Positions 19,666 through 31,045 of a DNA stretch of 64,000 bases are shown here, piece after piece. The stretch is from an uncultured Candidatus Saccharibacteria bacterium (GTDB lineage: Bacteria; Patescibacteriota; Dojkabacteria; J137). The stretch spans positions 229,771 to 293,770 of the forward strand of contig OZ246402.1 in the NCBI GenBank assembly GCA_965230975.1, in the 5' to 3' direction. A model generated the notes under the pieces. That model was not told where the DNA came from and made no database searches. It worked only from the letters and a program-made list of their open reading frames with translations. Position 1 is the stretch's first letter. Each line of letters opens with the position of its first letter. Position numbers and translations under genes: made by a program.

Positions 19666-20922
19666 ATGGATGAAAATACAGTAATAAAAGTTGACGGTTT
19701 ATATAAAAAATTTTCAAGAAGCATTAAGCGAAGTATGATTTATGGTTCTGCAGATATTGCGAAAAGTATGTTAGGTATTTCGCCTAATACTGGAAAGTTA
19801 AGAAAAGGAGAATTTTGGGCTTTGGAAGATATAAGTTTTGAACTTAAAAAGGGTGAGGCATTGGGAATAATAGGTATAAATGGGTCTGGAAAATCTACTC
19901 TATTAAGATTACTAACAGGGATTTTCCCTCCTGACAAAGGAAAGATTCAAATTAATGGAACGATTGGATCCCTAATTGCCGTAGGTGCGGGTTTTCACCC
20001 ACACATGACAGGAAGAGAAAATGTCTATTTAAATGGAACAATATTAGGAATGACTAAAGGAGAGATTGATGAAAAATTCCAATCAATCATTGACTTTGCA
20101 GATATTGGAGATTTTATTGATGCTCCAGTATCCACTTATTCATCAGGTATGAGAGTCAGATTGGGTTTTGCAATAGCGATAAAGGGTAAACCAGATATTT
20201 TATTGATCGACGAAATCTTAAGCGTTGGAGATTTAAGTTTTAGGAATAAGAGCTTGAGACAAATGGCGGAATATAGAAGAAACGCCAAAGCTCTGATTTT
20301 TGTTAGTCATGATATGGAGCAAATTAGAAATCTCTGCGACAAAGTTATTTTGATTGATAAAGGTAAAGTGGTGTTCAATGGTGATGTTACAAAAGGGGTA
20401 GTTATGTTTGAAGAACTTACTAGAGATATTCGATTAAAAACTTTGAAAAAGGAAGGAGAGTTAAATAAAGTAATGAATACATTTGACACAGAAGCAATAA
20501 CAATAAAAGAAGCAGGTTTGTTATCTGAAGAAAATAAAAGCATTATTGAATTAGAACTAGGTTCATCCCTTAAAGCTTTTATTGATTTTGAGGTAAAGCA
20601 AATGATCGAAAGCTTAAGTATTAATCTCCCAATAGTAAGAGATGATAATCTTGATGTTTATTGTATAAACGCATTTAGCGATATAAATATAAGGTTTGAA
20701 AATTTGAAACCTGGTAACTATAAAGCTGTCTTAAAATTAGAAAAGCATAATCTTAATGCAGGAGTTTATAAATTTGGAACATTAACTTTCAGAAATAATA
20801 AGACTTTAGAAACTTTCATTAAGTCTAAAATCGATTTTGTATTTAAGGTTAAGTCAGATGGAAAAACTTATGAAAGAGGATTTATAGATACAAATCAAGA
20901 ATGGAGTTTAATTAACGAATAA
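19666..20922 (+). CDS. wzt: Polysaccharide ABC exporter ATPase with C-terminal extension (Wzt)
   Basis: GINGSGKST, YSSGM, LLIDE; ~150-aa extra C-terminal domain. Confidence 0.92.
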   Translation: MDENTVIKVDGLYKKFSRSIKRSMIYGSADIAKSMLGISPNTGKLRKGEFWALEDISFELKKGEALGIIGINGSGKSTLLRLLTGIFPPDKGKIQINGTIGSLIAVGAGFHPHMTGRENVYLNGTILGMTKGEIDEKFQSIIDFADIGDFIDAPVSTYSSGMRVRLGFAIAIKGKPDILLIDEILSVGDLSFRNKSLRQMAEYRRNAKALIFVSHDMEQIRNLCDKVILIDKGKVVFNGDVTKGVVMFEELTRDIRLKTLKKEGELNKVMNTFDTEAITIKEAGLLSEENKSIIELELGSSLKAFIDFEVKQMIESLSINLPIVRDDNLDVYCINAFSDINIRFENLKPGNYKAVLKLEKHNLNAGVYKFGTLTFRNNKTLETFIKSKIDFVFKVKSDGKTYERGFIDTNQEWSLINE

Positions 20923-20928
20923 CTAACA

Positions 20929-21624
20929 ATGAAAAACTTTTTTAAAATATCTAAGCCTTTTAAGTCAACTGTGTTTGATAATTACGATGATTATAAAAAG
21001 ATACAATACAGGTCAGATCCAAAAGAGTTTTTGGATTCGAGATTGAAGATTACATCGTCGTTTACTTATATAATTCCAGAACTAATACGATTAGGAATTA
21101 ATATACCTGTAAAAGAATCGGAAGGAATAACAAAAGGTCAGCTAAAAGGAAATGAGATTAAAATTTTAGATGCTGGTTGCAGGGATGGTTGGACAATAGA
21201 GTTTTTAAACTCTCTTGGTTACACTAATGTAACAGGTTTAGAATTATTTGATGAATATGTAAATTATTGCAATGAACGTGGTAGAAAGGCAGTAAAGGGA
21301 GATGTTCATGATTTAGAATTTAAAGAAGGAATATTTGATTTTGTATATTGCAGGCATACACTTGAACATTGCCTTGATCCAGTAAAAGTTATAGGTGAAT
21401 TTTTAAGAGTTACTAAAAAAGGAGGAGCTGTTTATATTAGTTTCCCTTTAGAGTCAGAGACCTTTGGAAAGCATACAACAGCTATTCCAAATGTTGAGGC
21501 CGTTAACGCTATACTTTCTAAGATTAAATTAAAATTCAATCCAATTTATGTTGACAAAACAGAAAATCTTAAAGAGATCATACCAGAAGGTGAAGAAATG
21601 ATAATTTTTCTTCAAAAGACATGA
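20929..21624 (+). CDS. Class I SAM-dependent methyltransferase
   Basis: ILDAGCRDG, HTLEH. Confidence 0.85.
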   Translation: MKNFFKISKPFKSTVFDNYDDYKKIQYRSDPKEFLDSRLKITSSFTYIIPELIRLGINIPVKESEGITKGQLKGNEIKILDAGCRDGWTIEFLNSLGYTNVTGLELFDEYVNYCNERGRKAVKGDVHDLEFKEGIFDFVYCRHTLEHCLDPVKVIGEFLRVTKKGGAVYISFPLESETFGKHTTAIPNVEAVNAILSKIKLKFNPIYVDKTENLKEIIPEGEEMIIFLQKT

Positions 21625-22481
21625 TTAACGCCATAACAAAAATAACCAATAACCTAGGACTAAAAAGATTCCAGTTAAAAAGACTGGATAGATTTGAAAC
21701 CTTAAATTATCTTATAGATAATAATTTATCAATTTCTAGATTTGGAGATGGGGAATGTTCTATTGCATTTGATCATAAAGGAATTCATTTTCAAGAGTAT
21801 TCAGATGATTTAAAAGACAAACTGTTAAAAGTGTTAACTACAAAGAACGATAAAATACTAGTTTCATTTAATAATAGTTTTGTTGATGAGTCAAAATATA
21901 GGGTAATTGTAAAATATGGAAGAACTGGCAAAGTTTACGATAGCTTCGAAACAATTAAGTTAGCAAATGACATAGGTATTTTAGAAAGAAAAAATGAACA
22001 AATTTTCTACAAAGGAAAATTTCGTGAAATAAGAAGAATTTTTAAAAATCCAATACTAGGTGATGCAACAGTATTTTACATTGGGTTTTACTATAAGGAG
22101 TATCAAAAAGCAAATTTAGAAATAGTATTTGAGTTATATAAAAGACTGTTTAAAGATAAGAGAATATTGTTTGTTTGTCCCGAAAATCCCCTTATGAGCA
22201 AATCTTTTAGGACTTTAATAGAAGAGGGAGTTATTCAAAGTCATGAGGATGCTACATTTTATTTTGTTCCCTCAACAAATGCTTTCTCAAAATATAAAGA
22301 AATCTTAGAAAGTATTTTAGAGAGACAAGATACTTTTGATTTAGTTATTATACAAGCGGGTCCTACTGCTACGGTATTAGCTCACGAGTTATCAACTAAA
22401 CATAATATAAAAGCATATGATGTAGGCTCACTAAACGAATCCATCTATAAAGTTTGGATGGATACTAATTTTATATTTTAA
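21621..22481 (+). CDS. GT-D fold (DUF1792-like) glycosyltransferase
   Basis: SISRFGDGE, AGPTATVLAHEL, DVG. Confidence 0.8.
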   Translation: MINAITKITNNLGLKRFQLKRLDRFETLNYLIDNNLSISRFGDGECSIAFDHKGIHFQEYSDDLKDKLLKVLTTKNDKILVSFNNSFVDESKYRVIVKYGRTGKVYDSFETIKLANDIGILERKNEQIFYKGKFREIRRIFKNPILGDATVFYIGFYYKEYQKANLEIVFELYKRLFKDKRILFVCPENPLMSKSFRTLIEEGVIQSHEDATFYFVPSTNAFSKYKEILESILERQDTFDLVIIQAGPTATVLAHELSTKHNIKAYDVGSLNESIYKVWMDTNFIF

Positions 22482-22490
22482 GTAAGTTGA

Positions 22491-23111
22491 ATGAATCTTT
22501 TGAAAAAAATAATAAATTTGAAATCAAAGAATTTTGATTTTGATGCATATTTAAAAAAAATAAACCCAGAGGATATTGTTATTGATTGCGGTGCGAATGT
22601 TGGAACAATAACCACCCAACTAGCGGCCACAGGAGCTAAAGTCTATTCTTTTGAACCAAATCCTTACGCATTTGCAGAATTAAAGCGTAATACAGAATTA
22701 TTAAATAATGTGACATTGTTTAATAAAGGGGTTTGGGATAGATCAACAAAGATTAAACTATTTTTACATAAAAACGCTGAAGATAATCCTGTTTATTGGT
22801 CCCAAGGTTCTTCAATATTAGTAGAGAAACCAAATGTTAATCAAGAAAATTTTGTTGATATTGAGGTTGTTGATTTAATCAAGTTTATACAGGATTTAAA
22901 TCATAAAGTAAAATTTTTAAAAATTGATGTCGAGGGTGCAGAGTATGAAATACTTGATAAACTAATTGAAACAGGTGCTTATAAGTTAGTTGACTTAATT
23001 GTGGCAGAAACACATGCACATAAAATCCAGAATTTAATTGACAAAGATAAATCTATAAGAGCAAAAATAGCTAGAAATAAAATAAAGAATATTTCACTAG
23101 AATGGATATAA
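22491..23111 (+). CDS. FkbM-family methyltransferase
   Basis: IDCGANVG, FEP, LKIDVEGAE. Confidence 0.9.
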   Translation: MNLLKKIINLKSKNFDFDAYLKKINPEDIVIDCGANVGTITTQLAATGAKVYSFEPNPYAFAELKRNTELLNNVTLFNKGVWDRSTKIKLFLHKNAEDNPVYWSQGSSILVEKPNVNQENFVDIEVVDLIKFIQDLNHKVKFLKIDVEGAEYEILDKLIETGAYKLVDLIVAETHAHKIQNLIDKDKSIRAKIARNKIKNISLEWI

Positions 23112-24649
23112 AAATTAATTGGGACAAGTTATTTAAATATGCAACATTTGGTTTTGCGTTAATTTCATTACTGATTCTAGTCCATAACGTTTTTGCTAAT
23201 AAATTTGAAGACTCTTATGATTATTTTGCACATCTAGAAGTGTTAGAGTATTACTCAAAACCCTTCAACATTAATTTAGTCACACCTGATAATTTTAGAT
23301 TTTCATATAACGCACCACTTTATTACATAATTATTGGGAAAATACATTTTCTGGCAGAATATTTACTTAAAGTAGACTTTAATCCTTTTTTAACAGCTCG
23401 AATATTGCACTTAATCGGGTTCTTAACTGTTTGGTATCTGGTTGTATTCAGACTATTAAAAAAATTGGGACTGAGTAACTTAAATAAGCTTATTTTCACT
23501 TTATTATTTTTTATAATTCCTAACCAGTATCTTGGTTTGTTAATGGTTAGAGCAGATCATCTTGCATTCATTTCGTTAGGTTTATTAATCTACTTTTGGT
23601 TTTACTACGATTTTTTAAGACAGATACATCATTCAACTTGGAGAAAAATAGTTTGGGGGTTGTTACTAATCGGAATCGGTAACAGCAGACATTTACTATT
23701 ACCTATTTGTTTACTATTCCTTAGTTTAGGTAGTTGGAAGATACTTTTCCCATTGAGCAGATTGAAAATAAAAAAGACTATTTTAAATTCAATATTTATT
23801 TTAATAGTAATAACTTTAGCATTTAATTTCTACATAATAAGAATAATTAGCACTGGAAGCCCAACAAGCTATGCTACATCCGATATGTATGTAAAAAAAT
23901 ATGAGATTTATGAAACTTACAGACCCTTATCTTACAAATTAGAAATGTTATTTAATTTTGAGTTCGACAGAATGTTTACCTTACCAAATAGGCAAACTAT
24001 TTATGGAGGTTTTACGAATTTTAATCCTGAGTCGATAGATAAACTTTTATATGAAGAAAAGATTTACCCTGTTATAGTTTCAAAAGGTTTAGACTTAGAT
24101 ACTTATATTTTGCAAGATGGGAATTACATACTTAACAAAGATAAAGATCAAATAACTAAGGCCTATGGTTATGCAGCTGTATATTCGGTAATAAACTACA
24201 ATAACGCATATTTTCCTAGATTAATAAACGATATGTGGGGAGATCACTGGTTATATTTTTCCGGTCCTCGAAGCGTTGATAATGAAGTAAAAGAAAAACA
24301 AGTAGTCTTATTAGTGACAATACCATTAACACTAATTTATTTTGGAAGTGGAATTTGGATACTTATAAAATCAATTCGAAAGAAAGACTGGAAGTCTTTT
24401 ATAGATATTCAAAATTTACTAATTATTTTATTTCTAGTTAGTTTTACTACACTAACCATATACTCATCTTTCATATTTACAGAGGCGGGCAAGAACTCAA
24501 TTGTAAAATTCATATATTTAGGTGCTTTTTTTTATTTACCATTTTTAAGTTTAAGTATTTATCTTAAAAACAAGGTAAAAACTTCTGTTTTATTACTTAT
24601 TTATTTCATAATTGTGTATATAATTTCTATACCATTATATATTTACTAA
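23102..24649 (+). CDS. Polytopic membrane protein, probable GT-C glycosyltransferase
   Basis: Many TMs; YD..AH and Y..PLYY loop motifs; location in glycan cluster. Confidence 0.55.
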   Translation: MDIKINWDKLFKYATFGFALISLLILVHNVFANKFEDSYDYFAHLEVLEYYSKPFNINLVTPDNFRFSYNAPLYYIIIGKIHFLAEYLLKVDFNPFLTARILHLIGFLTVWYLVVFRLLKKLGLSNLNKLIFTLLFFIIPNQYLGLLMVRADHLAFISLGLLIYFWFYYDFLRQIHHSTWRKIVWGLLLIGIGNSRHLLLPICLLFLSLGSWKILFPLSRLKIKKTILNSIFILIVITLAFNFYIIRIISTGSPTSYATSDMYVKKYEIYETYRPLSYKLEMLFNFEFDRMFTLPNRQTIYGGFTNFNPESIDKLLYEEKIYPVIVSKGLDLDTYILQDGNYILNKDKDQITKAYGYAAVYSVINYNNAYFPRLINDMWGDHWLYFSGPRSVDNEVKEKQVVLLVTIPLTLIYFGSGIWILIKSIRKKDWKSFIDIQNLLIILFLVSFTTLTIYSSFIFTEAGKNSIVKFIYLGAFFYLPFLSLSIYLKNKVKTSVLLLIYFIIVYIISIPLYIY

Positions 24650-25630
24650 ATGATCAAAATATATTTACCAAATACTGAAAATTATACAGGAGGACCCAAA
24701 ACTTTTTTAATGAACTTAAAGAAGTACATAGACTCTAATCCGGAAATCGAAATTGTCGATATTGATTTAAATTCAAACGTGATATTGTTTCCGGTAGAGT
24801 ATCCAAAAGGCAGACTATCAGAACTTAAAGATAAAAATATAAAGATAATACAAAGGTTGGATGGAGTCTTTTACCCTTCCAAGCATACAGCTCAACAAGT
24901 AGAGTTTAATCAATCAATCAAGTATATATACGATAACTTTGCCGATTACATTATTTTTCAAAGTGACTATGGAAAAAGACAATGTTTCGAGATGCTTGGA
25001 CCCAAATCATCTAATAAATATTCGATAATAATAAATGGGGCAGATAAAGAATTATTTCAGCCTACAAAAAAAGAGTTAGATACTTCCTGTATTCGATTCG
25101 TTACCACAGGTAATTTCCGAAACGAAGATATGTTAAGTCCTCTTATACAAGCATTAGATCTTTTAGAGAACAAATATAAATTTGAATTTACAATTATTGG
25201 AAAAGTGACCAACGAAAAGTTGAAACCTCTGTTAAAAAGAGGATTTGTAAAACATTTTAAAAATATTGATCATTCCTCAATGATAGATTATTTAGCTAAA
25301 TCTGATATTTTTCTTTATTCTTTTATTAATCCGGTGTGCCCTAATTCTGTTATAGAAGCAATCTCAATAGGACTACCCGTTGTCGGTCTTAATAGCGGCT
25401 CTATGCCAGAATTATTATCTTTCAATACAAATCTTTTAGCAGAAGTAAGTAGTGATCTTTTTCAACTAGATTCAGATATTAATCCTGAAAGATTAGCATT
25501 AAAGATAGAGGAATTAATTTTAAATTTTGATGAATATAAAAATAATTCTCTGAATAATGCACATTTATACTCTATGGAAGAATGTGCTAAGGAGTATATT
25601 AAGGTAATAAAGAAAGTTGTAACTAAGTAA
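24650..25630 (+). CDS. Glycosyltransferase family 4
   Basis: CPNSVIEA..GLPVV. Confidence 0.85.
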   Translation: MIKIYLPNTENYTGGPKTFLMNLKKYIDSNPEIEIVDIDLNSNVILFPVEYPKGRLSELKDKNIKIIQRLDGVFYPSKHTAQQVEFNQSIKYIYDNFADYIIFQSDYGKRQCFEMLGPKSSNKYSIIINGADKELFQPTKKELDTSCIRFVTTGNFRNEDMLSPLIQALDLLENKYKFEFTIIGKVTNEKLKPLLKRGFVKHFKNIDHSSMIDYLAKSDIFLYSFINPVCPNSVIEAISIGLPVVGLNSGSMPELLSFNTNLLAEVSSDLFQLDSDINPERLALKIEELILNFDEYKNNSLNNAHLYSMEECAKEYIKVIKKVVTK

Positions 25631-25637
25631 ACAAGAA

Positions 25638-25802
25638 ATGTTTATTGAAGATACAAAAGCACCAACCACTGAGTTACCAATTACTTATGCAGATATATTA
25701 AAATTTGGATTTAAAACGGGTTATAAACCAAGAATTAATGCTAAAGAAGGTGTAAATTTGTTTCTTGATTGGTATATTAAATACTATAATTATAAGATTT
25801 AA
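25638..25802 (+). pseudogene. C-terminal remnant of NAD-dependent (UDP-glucuronate 4-type) epimerase
   Basis: Translates to MFIEDTKAPTTELPITYADILKFGFKTGYKPRINAKEGVNLFLDWYIKYY. Confidence 0.7.
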
Positions 25803-25810
25803 GAAAATTT

Positions 25811-26719
25811 ATGAATTCACCTAAGGTTTCGATAATTGTAACTTTATATAATTTAGGGGAGTATATTGCAGACGCCCTGAATTCTGCCTTGCAGCAGGAC
25901 TATGATAATTTTGATGTGTATTTGGTTAATGATGGTTCTACTGAAGAACTATCGAAAGAAAGAGTGTTATTTTATAAATCACAGAATATTCCCAATCTAA
26001 TCATTTTAGACCTAGAGAATCAAGGTGTAGTTAAAGCTAGGAATTTTGCAGCTTCAAAAAGCGATGCTAAGTACATTCTTTTTTTAGACGGGGATGATAT
26101 TTTGAGAAGTGACTATTTGAAAAAAACAGTGAACACTTTTTTGAGTTCAAAATCAGAGAAGCTAGGTTTTGTAACTACTGATTACCAGCATTTTGGTAAT
26201 AGCAGCTCATTTGTAGATATTCCTTTACCGAATATTCCTACTATGTTGGTTAAGAATAGTGCCCACACATCCTCTTTGATTCTAAAAGATGCATTTGAAT
26301 CAGTAAAAGGTTACGACATTAAATTCACTGGATACATGGATTGGGATCTGTGGCTTAGTATTATTGAGAAAGGATTTACTTGGCAGGTTATTAAGGAACC
26401 CCTATTTAATTATAGAGTAAGGTCAGGTTCGATGGTTACAAAGAGCATTCAAAATTTTGAAAATCTCTTTTCAATTCTTCAAAAGAAGCACATAAAACTA
26501 TACAGAGAAAACTGCGATTCGGTTATAACTGCTTTACAATTGAATTACATTCAAGTATTTAAAGAACTAGATTTAAAAAACCAACATATTGATTATATTA
26601 CTGACGCGTTTAATAAGCTTGAAAAAGAATTAGTCATTACACAGACTCAGCTTAAAAAAATTAAATCGAAAAAGATATATAAATTTTTATCATTTATTAA
26701 TAAATTTCTAAAACTGTAA
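25811..26719 (+). CDS. Glycosyltransferase family 2
   Basis: VNDGST, ARN, LDGDD, DWDLW. Confidence 0.9.
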   Translation: MNSPKVSIIVTLYNLGEYIADALNSALQQDYDNFDVYLVNDGSTEELSKERVLFYKSQNIPNLIILDLENQGVVKARNFAASKSDAKYILFLDGDDILRSDYLKKTVNTFLSSKSEKLGFVTTDYQHFGNSSSFVDIPLPNIPTMLVKNSAHTSSLILKDAFESVKGYDIKFTGYMDWDLWLSIIEKGFTWQVIKEPLFNYRVRSGSMVTKSIQNFENLFSILQKKHIKLYRENCDSVITALQLNYIQVFKELDLKNQHIDYITDAFNKLEKELVITQTQLKKIKSKKIYKFLSFINKFLKL

Positions 26720-26733
26720 AATTATAAATAATT

Positions 26734-28101
26734 ATGGAAAAAAAAGACTACATCAAATTACAAACAGATTTAATTTATAATAAAGATAGACTAAGTCAAT
26801 TACAAAACTCATATCAGTTTAAATTGGGTAATTTAATATTCTCCTTTTTCAAGAAACCTTGGTTATTGCTAATTTCGCCTTTACTAATTCTTAGATTTAT
26901 CTTAGACCTTATATTTGCAATTATTAAACGAAAGTTAGTGCCAGCAGTATATAGATTTATTAATAGGAATTGGCCTTCAGATAAAATTGCATTTGCGCTG
27001 AACTTAGGTTTAGTAGGGGGTACAGAAAAAGTTTTTGAAAAGCATGTTAGATTTGCAGCTGAAAAGTATGATGTAGAAGTATTTTTTAATAAAGCTTCTG
27101 GCCCAATAGCTGATTCTTTAAAAAAGGATTTTAAGGTAGGGGAGGGAAGAGTGTTGAGTTATCAAATGCTAAGACATAAATACATTTACTTAGCACAGAC
27201 ATTTCCCAATATCAGGTTTATTAAAGAAGCTAATCCTAATGCCAGAATAAGCTTTATACTTCACGAACACCTTTCCGGTTGGTTAGAAACGTTTCAAAAT
27301 AGTCCAGATACAGTTTTATTTGATCATATATTTTGTATAAGCAAACTTGTTAGAGACAAGTTCTTAGATAAAGTACCGTGGTACCCTGAGGAAAGAGTCA
27401 GTGTTCTGTATAACCCCCACTTTAACGGTAATGAAGATCCTAAGATAGTAAAAAATAAAAATGTAGATCCTAATAAGTTTGTACTTGGATATCTTGGTAG
27501 AATAAGCCCAGAAAAGAATACATTGGGGCTTGTTCAGATTTTTAAACAATTTAACAAAATAATGCCAAATACAAAATTAGTATTAGCAGGACCTATTCAT
27601 GAGCATGTACCAGAATATAAGGAGTTGTTTCTTAATGAAATTAAAGATAATCCAAATATTGAATATATAGGTTCCATAGGTGGTCCTGGTCAAATCACTG
27701 GAGGTGAGTTCTTTTCTAAACTAGATGGCATAGCTTTTAGTTCTTTTGTTGAAGGCATCTCTTTGGTTGCTACAGAAGCAATGTCATTTGGGCTGCCAGT
27801 TATCACTACGAATGTTGGTGCAATGTCAGAGGCAGTTATTGAGGGCAAAACAGGAATGCTTGTTGATATTGAACCAATAGATTTCAACCCATTTTCTGAA
27901 CAGAAACCACCTTTCAAAAGCCTGACTAAGAAAGATGAAGAAGAGTATGTTAAGGTATTAAAAAAGTTTGTTAAACACAAATGGGATAATTCCGAAATAT
28001 TTAATCAAACTATAGAGGTTTTTGGTCTAGATTTTGCAAGAACGAGATTTATGAATGAGCTTGATAAAATTATTCAATCTCAACCCATAAGGTTGGATTA
28101 A
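26734..28101 (+). CDS. Glycosyltransferase family 4
   Basis: GRISPEK, EGISLVATEAMSFG. Confidence 0.88.
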   Translation: MEKKDYIKLQTDLIYNKDRLSQLQNSYQFKLGNLIFSFFKKPWLLLISPLLILRFILDLIFAIIKRKLVPAVYRFINRNWPSDKIAFALNLGLVGGTEKVFEKHVRFAAEKYDVEVFFNKASGPIADSLKKDFKVGEGRVLSYQMLRHKYIYLAQTFPNIRFIKEANPNARISFILHEHLSGWLETFQNSPDTVLFDHIFCISKLVRDKFLDKVPWYPEERVSVLYNPHFNGNEDPKIVKNKNVDPNKFVLGYLGRISPEKNTLGLVQIFKQFNKIMPNTKLVLAGPIHEHVPEYKELFLNEIKDNPNIEYIGSIGGPGQITGGEFFSKLDGIAFSSFVEGISLVATEAMSFGLPVITTNVGAMSEAVIEGKTGMLVDIEPIDFNPFSEQKPPFKSLTKKDEEEYVKVLKKFVKHKWDNSEIFNQTIEVFGLDFARTRFMNELDKIIQSQPIRLD

Positions 28102-28117
28102 CGAAAATCTTTTAGTG

Positions 28118-29494
28118 CTATTTTTCTCTCCAACTTAAGGTTTCTTCTCTCCCACTTTGTTTAGGTAAAAAGATAAGTGCAATAGCAAATATTCCGGTTA
28201 TATGCACAGAATAAACGAATCTATAGTCTCCACCCACACCACCTGCTAATAGCGGCAACAAATTGAATAACGATATAATGGCAAATCCTAAAGTAAGCTT
28301 ATTTCTTCTTATAACAAAGGTCCCAATTGTAATTATAATATAGCCAAAAATATTCCAGTAAAGATGTTCAGGTATCTTGTATTTAAAAGTGTAATTTGTG
28401 TACTTTAACAATATATCACTAAATATATTTGGGTTATAAGTAGGTAAGTTGTGATTTTCTCTCATATAATCAGGAACTCCAGGCTCTCCATAAAAAAATA
28501 CCAGTGAATTTAGTCCTATCATATTTGCAAAAGCACAAGCTCGATTTGCTAAAACACTAGGTAGGCTTCTTCTAATAATTCCAATAGCCAATGCATCAAA
28601 TTCTCTTTTATAGTTAGGGTCCTCTAAAACTTTCATATTGAAATCAGGGTTATGAAAGTAAAGAGAGTTACCATTCCTACAATCATACTTTTCTTTTATG
28701 CTTTTAACCGAGATAAGCTGTTCTAATACCTTGGTTTGTTCTTCAGTGATTGGATATCCTCCAACAATTGCTCCCGCGGTCATATGAATAAGACTTACGC
28801 TGTTTATAAAGTTTGGCTTATAAACTTTTAAAATGCTTGCTAATGGAAATTGTATAAACAAAAAGATTGCTAAACTTATTAAAAATATAGCAAGTGATTT
28901 TTTCCAATTTGTGACTTTTAAAAAATAGTAAACAACAGGTATCAAAAATATAAACAAGACTCCATTATGTCTTAAAGATGCGATTATTGTAATTAGTGTT
29001 GAGAATAACAATAATTTTTTTCTACTTTTGGGGAAACCATCTAGATAATGAACTAAAAACAGAGTAGATATAGCTAGTATTCCAAGACTAAAAGGTATGT
29101 CCTTCCATAATGTAACATTAAAGATTCCAATTGAAGGAGATGATACATATATTACAAATAGAATTAAGGCTAAAAATCGATTTAACCCCTTTTTAATTAA
29201 GAATGATAAAAGGTAGGCCGGCAAGATAGATGCAATGATTATCTGTACTATTGCAACTATTGCAGGATTATTCCAAATTCTTTGTAAAATACTTATTATT
29301 AGCGTATGAAAATAGGGGTGATGGTTGTCAAATGCGAAATTTGCTGCTTGGGTCCACTGATCATTAGAATCGGGTGTCATTATTCCAGGATAGAAAGCCA
29401 CTAACCACATTGAAAATACGAACAACGAAACAATGAAAATTAAAATAAATGTACTGTTATTGCCTAAAAAATGCTTTATGTTATTTAAATGCAT
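28118..29494 (-). CDS. Polytopic membrane protein (DUF6020-like, possible GT-C)
   Basis: YPG.MT.DS..Q, HHP..HT, WKD, R.NG. Confidence 0.6.
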   Translation of the reverse strand: MHLNNIKHFLGNNSTFILIFIVSLFVFSMWLVAFYPGIMTPDSNDQWTQAANFAFDNHHPYFHTLIISILQRIWNNPAIVAIVQIIIASILPAYLLSFLIKKGLNRFLALILFVIYVSSPSIGIFNVTLWKDIPFSLGILAISTLFLVHYLDGFPKSRKKLLLFSTLITIIASLRHNGVLFIFLIPVVYYFLKVTNWKKSLAIFLISLAIFLFIQFPLASILKVYKPNFINSVSLIHMTAGAIVGGYPITEEQTKVLEQLISVKSIKEKYDCRNGNSLYFHNPDFNMKVLEDPNYKREFDALAIGIIRRSLPSVLANRACAFANMIGLNSLVFFYGEPGVPDYMRENHNLPTYNPNIFSDILLKYTNYTFKYKIPEHLYWNIFGYIIITIGTFVIRRNKLTLGFAIISLFNLLPLLAGGVGGDYRFVYSVHITGIFAIALIFLPKQSGREETLSWREK

Positions 29495-29551
29495 AATAAT
29501 TGCTGTTTAAGTTCTAATTAACTATAATTACCTATCAATATTTTTACTACA

Positions 29552-30844
29552 ATGACTGCGACAAGTAAAGCCTTAATTTTAACCACTAAGTTTTTGAGAA
29601 AAAAAAACATACTGCTAATTTTGATATCTTTTTTATTCGTTTCATTACCTTTCAGTTTTCTATTCTCGCCTCCCCCACGTAGTCAAGATTCTATATGTGG
29701 GATGTATGTACATATTACTGAAAATACTGGGTTTACATTAAACTGCGACTCTGGTGCATTAGTGAATTTAGCTCTAAACCCAAAAAGTGTCTTAGGTAAA
29801 GGGGAGTTACTTCAAAGTAGACCGGGAATAATACCAGTAGGTATATTATTTGCGATTCCATTTATTGTTGTTTCGAATATTATTAATATACCTGAATATA
29901 TTGCAGAAACAGGTATAAATTTAAATTATTTTTTAGGATTTGTGCTTTTTAATTTTGTATTACTATTATCAGGAGTATTTCTTTTTATTAAGATAGGAAT
30001 TTCTCAAAATTTTAGCAAGTTATTAATTTTAGCAGGGTCGTTAGGACTAGTAACTAATTTTGTGGTAAAGGCATTTATATTTACCCCGCATCAACAAATT
30101 TTTAATGTAGTACTTCCAATTATTTTAATATATATAATTGTAAAAGGGATTGAGAAAGATTTTAGTAATAAAACTATTTTTTTTGTTTCAGTTATAACTG
30201 GTTTGTTTTGCCTTTTTTACCCTAGTTTTGTCTTAATACCTGCAGCATTAGGTATTATCTTTGTTCACAATAGAATAAATTTAAAAAGATTAAATATCTT
30301 TAAATTTATACCGTTATTGATTGCGCTAATTATCTCCCTATTTCCAACATTGATTTGGCCAATCTTGGTTAGAGTGAGAACAGGTAATTACTTTAACTTA
30401 GCATCAGATGGCTATAGGCAATTTGTATGGATTTTTGATGCATTTAAAGAAGGTTTATCTCCCGGAGTGCATGCTATAACTCTGCATTTTAACGATTTCC
30501 TTAGATCTATATCTCTTGAATTTATTGTTTCATTTGTACTTATAATAGTTTTATTGTTTGGGGTACTATTTCTGAAAAAAGAAAAGAGAGTTGTTATAAC
30601 TAAAAATCTAAGTTTATATTTTATCCTGCTAGGAATAGTTGCTATATTTTACTTTCTTCTAGGGAGTTACTTCGAGAGGTTAACTTATAACATTCTGCTA
30701 ATTATACAATTCATAATAATATTAATATTTAGTAGATACTTAAAGATATTTACCCAGTTCAAGAGGTTAGACTTAGTAGTTTTAGTATTTGTGATTGTAA
30801 AGTTTGTTGTTTTGCTTGTTCAAAATGGTCCTTATACAATTTAG
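29552..30844 (+). CDS. Polytopic membrane protein
   Basis: About 11 TM segments. Confidence 0.6.
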   Translation: MTATSKALILTTKFLRKKNILLILISFLFVSLPFSFLFSPPPRSQDSICGMYVHITENTGFTLNCDSGALVNLALNPKSVLGKGELLQSRPGIIPVGILFAIPFIVVSNIINIPEYIAETGINLNYFLGFVLFNFVLLLSGVFLFIKIGISQNFSKLLILAGSLGLVTNFVVKAFIFTPHQQIFNVVLPIILIYIIVKGIEKDFSNKTIFFVSVITGLFCLFYPSFVLIPAALGIIFVHNRINLKRLNIFKFIPLLIALIISLFPTLIWPILVRVRTGNYFNLASDGYRQFVWIFDAFKEGLSPGVHAITLHFNDFLRSISLEFIVSFVLIIVLLFGVLFLKKEKRVVITKNLSLYFILLGIVAIFYFLLGSYFERLTYNILLIIQFIIILIFSRYLKIFTQFKRLDLVVLVFVIVKFVVLLVQNGPYTI

Positions 30845-31045
30845 AATGCAATTTTCATATTAACGAAGTAATAGTTTAATAAAGTAAGTTAATAATAAAA
30901 ACCATCCCAAAAAACCTGATTGACAATAAGCACGAATACTATTATTTTGATTAGTACTAACAGAATACCATTTTGATAAAATCTCACTTAAATAGTTGAT
31001 TGATATCATTTCTCTGTTTATCAGCAATACATATAAATTTTTAAT

